The translations under genes were made by a program, and so were the position numbers. This document shows positions 1 to 8,357 of a stretch of 11,790 nt of DNA, in pieces. The first letter of the stretch is position 1. Every line of letters starts with the position of its first letter. Source of the stretch: Candidatus Bipolaricaulia bacterium. Its GTDB lineage: Bacteria > Bipolaricaulota > Bipolaricaulia > JBHIAT01. The stretch spans positions 1 to 11,790 of the forward strand of contig JBHIAT010000118.1 in the NCBI GenBank assembly GCA_046758705.1, in the 5' to 3' direction. The notes beneath the pieces are model-generated. The model did not search any database and was not told the DNA's origin. It saw nothing but the letters and a program-made list of their open reading frames with translations.

Positions 1-15
1 CTCCCCTCCCAAGTA

Positions 16-45
16 TTGCACAGTGCCGCAGCGCTTTCATATAAT
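16..45 (+). promoter_or_regulatory. Putative sigma70 promoter of the ABC-transporter operon
   Basis: TTGCAC (16-21), 18-nt spacer, perfect TATAAT (40-45); lies upstream of SD GGGGAGG (74-80) and ATG at 89. Confidence 0.65.
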
Positions 46-88
46 CATACTAAAAACTGTAAATGCTCAAAAGGGGGAGGTTAGGCCC

Positions 89-1810
89 ATGAGTGAACCT
101 TCATCTTCAGAAGATCAACAGGCACTGCAGAAGCAGTGGGAGCCCTTGCTAAAGCTCTACAAGCAAGGCAAGATCAGTCGAAGGCAGTTCGTCAAGTTGG
201 GCCTCGCAGTCGGTGGAGCGGCTGCCCTTACAGCCGCAGGCACATCCTCTATCGTCCAGAAGGTTCTGGCACAGGGGTTAGAACCGCAGGTGCTCATCTA
301 CGCGGCCGACCAAGATATTCCCACGATCGATCCTTCGGATCGTACCGATTACTCCATCGGGGCTGTCTCGCGTCAGATCTATGATCGACTCTTCCGGTTT
401 GAGGGTGGCTGGCCAGCGCCGGTGGAACCGGGATTGGCCAGTAAGTGGGAAGCATCCCCGGATGCCCGTGAATGGATCTTTCACCTCACGGATCAGGCCA
501 AGTTCCATGACGGGACCCTGGTGACGGCTGAAGCGGTCAAATTCTCATACGAGCGCACACTGCGCATGAAGAAGCAGCGTTCCAATGTTCTCCAGCCATA
601 CCTGGATGAGACAGGCAGCGTCGAGGTCATGGACGACCACACCGTGCGCATGACCCTGAAGACGCCTTTTGGTGATTTCCCGCGACTCTTGGCATTCCAA
701 GAGCAGGGCATCGTGAACCCCAAACAGGTCAGGGATCATGAACGGGGCGGAGATGAAGGAGCGGAGTGGCTCCGGACTCATGAGGCAGGATCGGGCCCGT
801 TCACGTTGAAGAGCTGGAGGCCGGAGATATCCACTTATGAGTTCGAAGCGGTGCCAGATTACTGGCAGGGGTGGCCCGGTGAGGGACATCTGGCCGGGTT
901 CGTCTGGCGAGTCATCGGCGAGCCGACATCGCGGCGCCTGGCCCTGCTATCGGGAGAAGCGGATATCGCCGACGTGATCTCAGTCGATGACCTCGCAATC
1001 CTCAAAAACGATCCCCGAATCACAACCCAGAGCAACGCAGGTTTGCTCGCCGGCTACGTCAAGCTCAACAACACGAAGCCACCCACTTCCGATCCCAACT
1101 TCCGCAGGTTCCTGGCCTATGCTTTTGACTACCAGGCCATCGAGGACTTTCTTTTAGGTACAGCGCCCCTGATGGTTGGCCCGATCCCGCAGGGCGTGGG
1201 GGGCCACGATCCAGAGGTTCAACCCTTGTACCGTCACGATTTGAACAAGGCGCGTGAGTACCTTGACAAGACACCCTGGAAGGATGGGGGCGTAGAGGTT
1301 GACTACGTGTACGTCACCGGCCTGGACTTTGAGGAGCAGGTCGGCCTCATCCTCCTCGACCAGCTGCGCAGGTTCAACATTAAGGTCAACCTGGTGCCTA
1401 AAATCTGGCCTGACATGGTGGCCAGCTGTGCTTTCCCGGAGACCGGTCCCCACATGATCAATATCTTCGTCCAGAGCGCGCCGATCCCTGACCTCTGGTT
1501 CGTCGAGCAGTTCTACTCGCCCAACTGGGATCGCGAAACCGGAGGTTCATTCCAGACCTGCGAGTTCTACAAAAGCCCCACGGTCAACACGTTGATTGAG
1601 AAGTTGCTCGTCACAACGGACACAGAAGCTCGCTTGAGGATCATCAGAGGTCTGCAGCAACTCGTCATGGAAGATGTACCGAGCATGCCACTGTTTGTCA
1701 TATCCAACAACTTGGGATTCCGCAAGCGAGTCCAGGGCTATGAATACTTTGGCGATATCAGTGTGGACTTCTGGCGACTTTGGATCGATGACAGTAAAGA
1801 GAGGGCATAA
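89..1810 (+). CDS. ABC transporter solute-binding protein, family 5 (peptide/nickel/opine-type), Tat-exported
   Basis: Start moved from GTG 23 to ATG 89 because of the strong SD (aagggggagg, 71-80) and because GTG 23 lies inside the promoter. Twin-arginine motif SRRQFVK, hydrophobic h-region, AxA-like site VLA|Q. SBP5 hallmarks: PGLASKWEASPD..W.FHL....KFHDGT.VTAEAVKFSYER and GSGPF.L. Confidence 0.93.
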   Translation: MSEPSSSEDQQALQKQWEPLLKLYKQGKISRRQFVKLGLAVGGAAALTAAGTSSIVQKVLAQGLEPQVLIYAADQDIPTIDPSDRTDYSIGAVSRQIYDRLFRFEGGWPAPVEPGLASKWEASPDAREWIFHLTDQAKFHDGTLVTAEAVKFSYERTLRMKKQRSNVLQPYLDETGSVEVMDDHTVRMTLKTPFGDFPRLLAFQEQGIVNPKQVRDHERGGDEGAEWLRTHEAGSGPFTLKSWRPEISTYEFEAVPDYWQGWPGEGHLAGFVWRVIGEPTSRRLALLSGEADIADVISVDDLAILKNDPRITTQSNAGLLAGYVKLNNTKPPTSDPNFRRFLAYAFDYQAIEDFLLGTAPLMVGPIPQGVGGHDPEVQPLYRHDLNKAREYLDKTPWKDGGVEVDYVYVTGLDFEEQVGLILLDQLRRFNIKVNLVPKIWPDMVASCAFPETGPHMINIFVQSAPIPDLWFVEQFYSPNWDRETGGSFQTCEFYKSPTVNTLIEKLLVTTDTEARLRIIRGLQQLVMEDVPSMPLFVISNNLGFRKRVQGYEYFGDISVDFWRLWIDDSKERA

Positions 1811-1818
1811 AGCGCTAT

Positions 1819-1853
1819 AGTGTAAAGTGTAAAGAACTTTAGAGAATAGAGAG
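1819..1853 (+). repeat. Short degenerate heptamer tandem repeats in the SBP-permease spacer
   Basis: AGTGTAA x2 (1819-1832), then TAGAGAA/TAGAGAG (1840-1853). Confidence 0.4.
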
Positions 1854-1865
1854 TGAGACGTCCTG

Positions 1866-2879
1866 ATGGGCCTTGGAGGATATATATTCCGACGACTGCT
1901 GCTGATCATACCCACAGCGATTGGTTTGTCCATCTTGACTTTCATTATCTCACATATGGTTCCGGGTGATCCGGTTCGCCTGGCAGCTGGTCCCCGTGCA
2001 GGTCCCAAGGAGATCAAGGCCCTGAGGCACGAGTTCGGCTTCGATAAGCCTCTGCATATCCAATACCTGGAGTATATGAAGGGGGTGACGCGGGGAGATC
2101 TAGGTCGATCCGTCATGAGCAGCCGCCCGGTGGTGGAGGACCTGCGAAACTTTTTCCCAGCGACCCTGGAGCTCATCCTGGTCTCCATGGTGATCGCTCT
2201 CGTGCTGGGCATCCCGATCGGACTGTACTCCGCGGCTTATTCGAATCGCTGGATAGATCACTTATCACGGTTAATGGCCGTTGGCTCGATCAGCTTCCCG
2301 ATATTTTGGGTCGCCATTCTATTGCAGGTCGTTTTTGCTTGGCAGCTGGGCTGGTTTCCGGTCAGTGGTCGTTTTGATATACGCCAGGCGATACCGCCTT
2401 CACAGACAAACCTACTGTTATTGGATACCTTGCTTTCTGGAAATTGGAAGGCATTTCCGGTTGTGCTTCGCCACATCGCCTTGCCGGCCTTATGCCAGTC
2501 CCTGCTAGGTTTTGCCCTCGTGGTACGCATGTTGCGCACCGAGGCGCTCACCGTGTTATCACAAGACTTTGTGCGCGTGGCGTACGCTAAGGGGTTGGGA
2601 GAGCAGCGTGTGCTGCTTGGACACGTATTGCGGAATGCCCTGATTCCTACGATTTCGATGGTCGGGTTCCTGTTCGGGTTTCTACTGGGTGGTTCCGTGC
2701 TGATAGAGGCTGTGTTCGATTGGCCGGGCATTGGACTCTATGTCACCAAGTCGGCGCTGACCTTGGATTTTCAACCGATCATGGGGATCACCTTGTTTGT
2801 GGGTGTATTGGTGATGTTCACCACCTTGTTCACAGACATCCTTTACGGTGTCGTAGATCCGCGCATTCGACATGAGTAA
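1866..2879 (+). CDS. ABC transporter permease, OppB/DppB type
   Basis: N-terminal YIFRRLL...PGDP, GDLGRS, PATLEL, EAA loop 'QDFVRVAYAKGL', RNALIP, E.VF.WPG.G and C-terminal D.LY..VDPRIR; multiple TM segments. Confidence 0.95.
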   Translation: MGLGGYIFRRLLLIIPTAIGLSILTFIISHMVPGDPVRLAAGPRAGPKEIKALRHEFGFDKPLHIQYLEYMKGVTRGDLGRSVMSSRPVVEDLRNFFPATLELILVSMVIALVLGIPIGLYSAAYSNRWIDHLSRLMAVGSISFPIFWVAILLQVVFAWQLGWFPVSGRFDIRQAIPPSQTNLLLLDTLLSGNWKAFPVVLRHIALPALCQSLLGFALVVRMLRTEALTVLSQDFVRVAYAKGLGEQRVLLGHVLRNALIPTISMVGFLFGFLLGGSVLIEAVFDWPGIGLYVTKSALTLDFQPIMGITLFVGVLVMFTTLFTDILYGVVDPRIRHE

Positions 2880-3828
2880 ATATGTAGGTTCCACCATTGA
2901 CAAGCGACAACTGCCTGGGATTCCAGCATGGCGTGAAGGGCTCAGCCGGATACGACTCCTGTTAGGGCTAGACGAGCGTGCCATCCGCCGCTTCAAGCGT
3001 GATCCTCTGTCCTGGGTGGGACTTACGATCGTTGGGCTTCTCGCGCTCATCGCGATCACCGGGACTTACTGGGTACCCTATCCTGACGATGCAGTGGGAG
3101 CCATTCATGTTCGCGAGCGCTTCGAGCCTCCCAACTCAAAGCATCTTTTCGGCACGGACAATATGGGACGCGATGTATTCACTCGTGTGGTGCTGGGGAC
3201 GCGCATTTCACTCGCCGTAGGGGCGATTATTCTCGTCGTGGCGATAACGATTGGCACCCTATTGGGCAGTATCGCGGGATATTACGGAGGTTGGATCGGT
3301 GAGGGCATTATGCGTTTCACCGACCTGATGCTCACCATTCCCGGAATCTTTTTGGCATTGGCGATTGCTGCGGCGCTAGGCCCTGGTGTCATCAACGCGA
3401 CGTTGGCGCTTTCCGTCACCTGGTGGCCGGGCTACTGTCGCTTGGTACATGCTCAAGTGCTCGCCGCCCGTGAGAACTTCCATGTGGAAGCCGCGCGCTC
3501 GATTGGGGCGAGCAACCGGCGGATCATCTCTCGACATATCTTGCCCAACATTTTGCCTGCCGTGATCGTAAAGGCGTCCATGGATTTTGGCTTTGCGGTA
3601 TTAAGCCTTGCAGCGCTGGGCTTTATTGGCGTCGGTGCTCAACCCCCCTCTCCGGAGTGGGGCGCTATGGTTGCCTTTGGCCGGCGCTTCCTGCCTCAAT
3701 TTTGGTGGTCGTCGACCTTCCCTGGCCTGGCCATGTTTCTCACCGTCTTAGGCTTTAATCTGCTTGGTGATGGTCTTCGTGATATGCTGGACCCGCATAG
3801 TCACAGGGCAAGCCGAGGTGAGTCGTAA
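2872..3828 (+). CDS. ABC transporter permease, OppC/DppC type
   Basis: HLFGTDNMGRDVFTRV..G.RISL, EAA loop 'VEAARSIGAS..RII.RHILPN', PPSPEWG, FNLLGDGLRD.LDP; overlaps the upstream gene by 8 nt. Confidence 0.95.
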   Translation: MSKYVGSTIDKRQLPGIPAWREGLSRIRLLLGLDERAIRRFKRDPLSWVGLTIVGLLALIAITGTYWVPYPDDAVGAIHVRERFEPPNSKHLFGTDNMGRDVFTRVVLGTRISLAVGAIILVVAITIGTLLGSIAGYYGGWIGEGIMRFTDLMLTIPGIFLALAIAAALGPGVINATLALSVTWWPGYCRLVHAQVLAARENFHVEAARSIGASNRRIISRHILPNILPAVIVKASMDFGFAVLSLAALGFIGVGAQPPSPEWGAMVAFGRRFLPQFWWSSTFPGLAMFLTVLGFNLLGDGLRDMLDPHSHRASRGES

Positions 3829-3885
3829 ACATCCGAACTGTCATCGTGCCAAAGCGGTAGGCGAGTTAGGTTTCTCACGCTGACC

Positions 3886-4992
3886 ATGTGGAAGATCACA
3901 GAGGAGATGATAGAGGCGATTGCAATCGGTGCGGGTATCTTGGGTACCGGCGGCGGGGGAAATCCATATATAGGAATGCTGCGTCTACGCTCTCTGCTTC
4001 AGGAAGGACGAACCGTACAGGTCGTTTCACCTGCTGAATTGCCCGAAGATGCATTAGTTGTGATTTGTGCTGGCATCGGGGCTCCCACCGTAGGGGTTGA
4101 GAAGCTGGAGCAAGGCCATGAGGGTCTGTGGGCGCTCAGAGGGTTGGAGCGGGAGATGGGTCGCAAGGTGACCGCCGTCATCTCCGCAGAGATCGGTGGT
4201 GCGAACTCTATTGAACCGATGGTCGTCTCTGCGTTGGCAGGCCTGCCTGTGGTCGATGGTGACGGAATGGGGCGGGCATTCCCCGAGGTCCAGATGGTCA
4301 CGTTTTTTATCTACGGCGTCTCGCCCGTTCCGGGCATCCTGTGCGATGAGAAGGGCAACCAGGTGGTCATCCGACACGCTCTTGATGCCGTGAGCGTGGA
4401 GCGCTTCGCGCGTGCCGTCACGATCCAGATGGGATGTACGGCTACGATGGCGTCTTCTCCTATGACTGCAGTGGAAGTCCAAGGAACGGCCGTGCCCTAC
4501 ACGCTCAGTCTCGTCCGGGCGGTTGGGGAAGCGGTTCTGGCCGCGAGACGGACTCATACCGATCCGATAGAAGCCATCTTGGAGGTCACCGGTGGCACCG
4601 TGCTGTTTCGCGGTAAGATCGTGGACGTAGAAAGGCGTACGGTGACCGGCTTCGCCAGGGGAGAGGTGAACATCGAAGGATTGGACGCCGATCGAGGCCA
4701 ACAGCTCAACGTGCGGTTTCAAAACGAGAATCTGATCGCCGTGCGCGATGGACAGGTGATCGCCTGCGTACCCGATCTCATTTGCATCGTGGATCGGGAG
4801 ACAGGTGAACCGGTGACTACAGAGCTGTTGCGTTTTGGACAACGAGTGGCGGTTCTGGGAATCCCGTGCGCGTCGTTGTTGAGGCAACCCGAGGCGTTAC
4901 CTGTCGTCGGGCCAGCCGCTTTCGGCTATGATGACGTGACCTATCAACCTCTGCCGGGAGAGATGCCGCTTCGGCCTCGGTACGGTTCTTGA
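3886..4992 (+). CDS. DUF917 family protein (putative hydantoin/thiohydantoin- or imidazolone-type hydrolase)
   Basis: DUF917 motifs GAGILGTGGGG.P, GAPT, EIGG.N, VVDGDGMGRAFPE.QM, FQNENL, PDLI, TTE.LR.GQRV, GP.AFG. Family call is confident; the function is inference. Confidence 0.88.
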   Translation: MWKITEEMIEAIAIGAGILGTGGGGNPYIGMLRLRSLLQEGRTVQVVSPAELPEDALVVICAGIGAPTVGVEKLEQGHEGLWALRGLEREMGRKVTAVISAEIGGANSIEPMVVSALAGLPVVDGDGMGRAFPEVQMVTFFIYGVSPVPGILCDEKGNQVVIRHALDAVSVERFARAVTIQMGCTATMASSPMTAVEVQGTAVPYTLSLVRAVGEAVLAARRTHTDPIEAILEVTGGTVLFRGKIVDVERRTVTGFARGEVNIEGLDADRGQQLNVRFQNENLIAVRDGQVIACVPDLICIVDRETGEPVTTELLRFGQRVAVLGIPCASLLRQPEALPVVGPAAFGYDDVTYQPLPGEMPLRPRYGS

Positions 4993-5013
4993 GTTTCGGT
5001 GCGTGCCGTTTGG

Positions 5014-5781
5014 CTAAGGTCGATCTCCACTGATGACGCCACCCAACAGGCCGCCGATGCCTCTCTGCTCACCCTTTTGTTGGAAGCGGGCCGCTGCAAA
5101 GATACGATCCGCAAGGCGCGAGAATGGGAGGCTCTGCAGATAGAGGAGCCCTGGGCCGGTCATCTTGGCCAAAAATATCCCTTCTCCCCCGAACAGCGCG
5201 TTTTTGAATCCCCCAACAAACTGAATATCGTAGCCTACAGACGGAGAGAAGGCTACCAGACATCCGGTATCTACGCGTAAAGTCTCATTGGGTGCAAGCT
5301 CCCGTTCAATAATCGTTCCTCCGGCGTGGACAAATGCTATGCCATCCCCTTCAAGGCGCTGTAGGATAAAACCCTCACCGCCGAACAGCCCGGTGCCGAT
5401 CTTTTTTGTAAAAGCGACCTCAATTTCAATCCCCTTGGCCGCGCACAGAAACGCGTCCTTCTGGCATAGAAACTTGCCTCCGAGTTTGTCCAGTTCAAGC
5501 GGGATGATCTTGCCTGGATAGGGAGCTCCGAAGGCCACACGCCCTTTCCCCGCGCCGTCGTAAAGGAAGGTGGTAATAAAAAAACTCTCTCCGGTGACCA
5601 TACGCTTAAATCCTTTAAACAAACCGCCGCCGGTGGAGGTTTGCATCTCGATTCCATCATCCATGTACATCATCGCGCCGGCTTCGGCTCTCACGCCTTC
5701 GGTGGGATCCAATTCCACCTCAACCAATTGCATATCGTCCCCGTAAATCTTGTAATCGATGACATCGGCTATAACTGTCAC
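5014..5781 (-). CDS. AIM24/TIGR00266 family protein (TRAP-like beta fold, function unknown)
   Basis: Motifs [74 protein letters not shown]. Start is ambiguous: GTG 5781 overlaps the SD, while ATA 5772 is at optimal spacing (see findings). Confidence 0.9.
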   Translation of the reverse strand: MTVIADVIDYKIYGDDMQLVEVELDPTEGVRAEAGAMMYMDDGIEMQTSTGGGLFKGFKRMVTGESFFITTFLYDGAGKGRVAFGAPYPGKIIPLELDKLGGKFLCQKDAFLCAAKGIEIEVAFTKKIGTGLFGGEGFILQRLEGDGIAFVHAGGTIIERELAPNETLRVDTGCLVAFSPSVGYDIQFVGGFKNALFGGEGIFLAKMTGPGLLYLQSLPFSRLADRIFAAARFQQKGEQRGIGGLLGGVISGDRP

Positions 5782-5793
5782 CTCCTAAAGTAT

Positions 5794-5845
5794 TTGAAGT
5801 ATTCGCTCTTTCCGAATAGTATATTGAACGACTCTACCTCCGCAA
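5794..5845. promoter_or_regulatory. Putative bidirectional promoter region between the AIM24 gene and the kinase
   Basis: + strand: TTGAAG (5794-5799), N17, TAGTAT (5817-5822). - strand: TTGCGG (5845-5840), N16, TATACT (5823-5818). AT-rich 100-nt intergenic region with SDs on both sides (AGGAGG 5786-5781; GGAGGA 5869-5874). Confidence 0.5.
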
Positions 5846-5881
5846 CAACGATAATGAAGATCCAAGCTGGAGGATAGCCCC

Positions 5882-7045
5882 ATGTCCGAATCTGACACCG
5901 AGAAGCTACAACGGCGCAACCGTGAACTGGCTATCCTCAATGAGATCGCCCAGGCGCTGAACCGCGAGGTCGATCTCAACCAGGCACTGCACACCACATT
6001 GGCCCAGGTGGCTGAATTGCTCGACCTGCGGACCGGCTGGATTTGGCTGCTCGACGAAGAAACGGGTGAGTCCTATCTGGTGGCAGCGCAGAACCTTCCA
6101 CCCGCACTGGCCAACAATCCTTCTCGCATGGAGGGACGTTGCTATTGCCTGGACACCTACAGAGCGGGTGACCTGGACGGTGCGGCGAATGTCAACGTCA
6201 TTACCTGTAGTCGGCTCTACGGATTGGTGGATGGTACGGACGGACTGCGCTACCACGCGAGCATCCCACTGTATGCGCAGGGTGAGAAGAAGAAACTGGG
6301 CGTTCTCAACGTGGCCAGTCCCGACTGGCGGGAACTCTCGGCGGAAGATCTGCAACTGCTTTACACAATGGGCGATTTACTCAGCATTGCAATCGAACGG
6401 GCGCGGTTGTTTGATCGCAGTGTTCAACTGGGTGCCTTAGAGGAGCGCAATCGGTTGGCACGTGAGATTCACGACACGCTGGCGCAAGGGTTATCGGCCA
6501 TCGCTTTGCAACTGGAGACAGCCGACGCCCTGCAACAGGCAGATGTCGATCCAGAGCGCGTCCGGCAGGCGGTGTATCAAGCCCTGGTTCTGACTCGCGC
6601 CAATTTGGAGGAGGCCCGTCGCTCGGTGCTTGACCTGCGGGCCGCTCCACTGGAGGGGCGCACGCTGGCTGAAGCATTGTCTTCGCTGGCAGAGGAGTGG
6701 ATCACAAAGGGAAACCTGCAACTGCGCTTTGAGGTCGTGGGTGGGAATCGCTCGCTGCCAACACGCATTGAGATGGGGCTATACCGAATCGCTCAGGAGG
6801 CATTGACCAACGTCGTTCGCCATGCTCATGCGAACCACGTCACGGTACAACTGGTGGCGACACCGGATCAAATAAAACTGAAGGTGGAGGACGATGGCCG
6901 GGGCTTTGATTCATCCCGGATCCCTAAGGACCGGTACGGGCTCATGGGCTTGAACGAACGTGCAAAACTGCTCGGGGGCACGTTGAAGCTAAAGAGCAGC
7001 CCGGATGCAGGTACGTGCCTTGAGGTTATCGTACCTTTAACGTGA
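5882..7045 (+). CDS. Cytoplasmic GAF-domain sensor histidine kinase, HisKA_3 class (YhcY/AirS-like)
   Basis: No TM segment. N-terminal GAF (TGWIWL, LPPAL, CYC, ITC, HASIPL, LGVLNVA). H-box ERNRLAREIHDTLAQ, N-box LYRIAQEALTNV.RHA, G1 VEDDGRGF, GL.GL.ERA. SD GGAGGA 7 nt upstream. Confidence 0.93.
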   Translation: MSESDTEKLQRRNRELAILNEIAQALNREVDLNQALHTTLAQVAELLDLRTGWIWLLDEETGESYLVAAQNLPPALANNPSRMEGRCYCLDTYRAGDLDGAANVNVITCSRLYGLVDGTDGLRYHASIPLYAQGEKKKLGVLNVASPDWRELSAEDLQLLYTMGDLLSIAIERARLFDRSVQLGALEERNRLAREIHDTLAQGLSAIALQLETADALQQADVDPERVRQAVYQALVLTRANLEEARRSVLDLRAAPLEGRTLAEALSSLAEEWITKGNLQLRFEVVGGNRSLPTRIEMGLYRIAQEALTNVVRHAHANHVTVQLVATPDQIKLKVEDDGRGFDSSRIPKDRYGLMGLNERAKLLGGTLKLKSSPDAGTCLEVIVPLT

Positions 7046-7680
7046 ACAAGATGACACAGCAAATTCGTATTCTGGTCGCAGACGATCACCCGATTGTACG
7101 GGAGGGTCTGATCGCTATCCTCAGCACGCAACCTGACTTTGAGGTGGTCGGCGAGGCAGCCACAGGTGACGAGGTCGTTCAGCAGGTGACGACGCTCCAG
7201 CCCGACGTGGTGCTTCTAGACTTGGAGATGCCCCAGATGGACGGTGTTGAGACCATTAAACACTTGCGCCAGGCTGGATCAGACGTTCGGGTGATCGTTT
7301 TCACCGCTTTCGACACCGACGAGCGGATTGTGGGAGCGGTGAAAGCCGGTGCCCAAGGCTATCTGCTCAAAGGAACACCGCGTGAAGAGATCTTCCAAGC
7401 GGTGCGCGTCGTTCATGCGGGTGAATCGTTGCTTCAACCCGTTGTGACTTCTAAACTGCTCAAGCATATCAGCCAAGACGTTGAGCAACTCACACCTCGC
7501 GAACTGGACGTGCTGCGCCTGCTGGCGCAGGGCCTGAAGAATAAGGAGATCGCCGAAACACTGTTCAGAAGCGAACGCACCGTCAAGTTTCACGTCAGCT
7601 CGATCTTGAGAAAGCTGGGAGCTGAGAACCGCACTGAAGCGGTGTCGATCGCTGTTCAAAAAGGCCTCATCGATCTTTAA
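7042..7680 (+). CDS. NarL/FixJ-family response regulator (REC + LuxR HTH)
   Basis: ILVADDHPIVREG, PDVVLLDLEMP (phospho-Asp), GAQGYLLK, LTPRELDVL.LLAQGL.NKEIA..L..SERTVKFHVSSI..KLG..NRTEAV. GTGA overlap with the kinase stop; alternative ATG at 7051. Confidence 0.95.
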   Translation: MNKMTQQIRILVADDHPIVREGLIAILSTQPDFEVVGEAATGDEVVQQVTTLQPDVVLLDLEMPQMDGVETIKHLRQAGSDVRVIVFTAFDTDERIVGAVKAGAQGYLLKGTPREEIFQAVRVVHAGESLLQPVVTSKLLKHISQDVEQLTPRELDVLRLLAQGLKNKEIAETLFRSERTVKFHVSSILRKLGAENRTEAVSIAVQKGLIDL

Positions 7681-7706
7681 ATCCGTGCCAGGTTTGCCAA
7701 GGCCCA

Positions 7707-8357
7707 ATGGGTGAAAAGAAGCAAGTAAAGCGCATTACGTTTCTCCAAAAAGTCAAACGACGAAAGTGGCTCACGGCATTCGTCATCATCGGTTTACTGG
7801 TCCTTCTGACTGTTATTTTCTATCGCCCCATTCTGACCCAAATAGGAGAATTTTTGATTGTGACATCTCCCCCCCAAAAAGCCGATGTCATCAGAGTCCT
7901 CGGTGGTGACGAGGAGAGATACATCTACGGCGTTGAGCTCTACAAGCAGGGGTATGGCTCCAAGTTGATCGTGAGCCTGGGGGAGAGACTCATTCCCCTG
8001 TTACAAAGATCGAGTGCAGATATCGTGAGGGATTTCGCTTCGTCCCAAGGGATTCCAGCAAGTGATATCATCATGATGGCATCCGAAAGCACCTACGAAG
8101 AGGCCCTGTTAACTAAGGAGTTAATCAAGCAAGAGGGGATAAGATCCGTATTGGTCGTCAGTTCGCCCTTCCATATGCGCCGGGTCGCTATGACGTTCAA
8201 GCGTGTGATCGGCAGTGAAGCAGAGCTGACCTTCGTGTCAGTTCCTCTGGCTCAGAGTAGATTTGACCTGAGGTGGTGGTCAGATGAGGACTCCATCAGT
8301 GCGGTGGTCCATGAGTACGTATCCCTCATATATTATTACTTCAGGTACTTCTTTTGA
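7707..8357 (+). CDS. YdcF/DUF218 (SanA/ElyC-like) membrane-anchored protein
   Basis: Basic N-terminus plus one TM helix; KADVI.VLGG...R, STYEEA, LVVSSPFHMRR, C-terminal HEY motif. Confidence 0.88.
   Translation: MGEKKQVKRITFLQKVKRRKWLTAFVIIGLLVLLTVIFYRPILTQIGEFLIVTSPPQKADVIRVLGGDEERYIYGVELYKQGYGSKLIVSLGERLIPLLQRSSADIVRDFASSQGIPASDIIMMASESTYEEALLTKELIKQEGIRSVLVVSSPFHMRRVAMTFKRVIGSEAELTFVSVPLAQSRFDLRWWSDEDSISAVVHEYVSLIYYYFRYFF

Noticed and set aside
1-21. TTGCA at 16-20 as a sigma54 -12 element
   Set aside because: No TGGCAC -24 element upstream; it fits better as a sigma70 -35.
23-88. ORF-track N-terminal extension of the SBP from GTG 23
   Set aside because: It lies within the predicted promoter and has no SD; ATG 89 has a strong SD.
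1547-2212. 221-aa antisense ORF
   Set aside because: Shadow of the SBP and permease genes; Arg/Ser-rich with no recognisable motif.
4054-4887. 277-aa antisense ORF
   Set aside because: Antisense shadow of DUF917, typical of GC-rich coding DNA; no domain features.
4999-5280. 93-aa + strand ORF after DUF917 as a fifth operon gene
   Set aside because: Almost fully antisense to the well-conserved AIM24 gene; no SD or motif.
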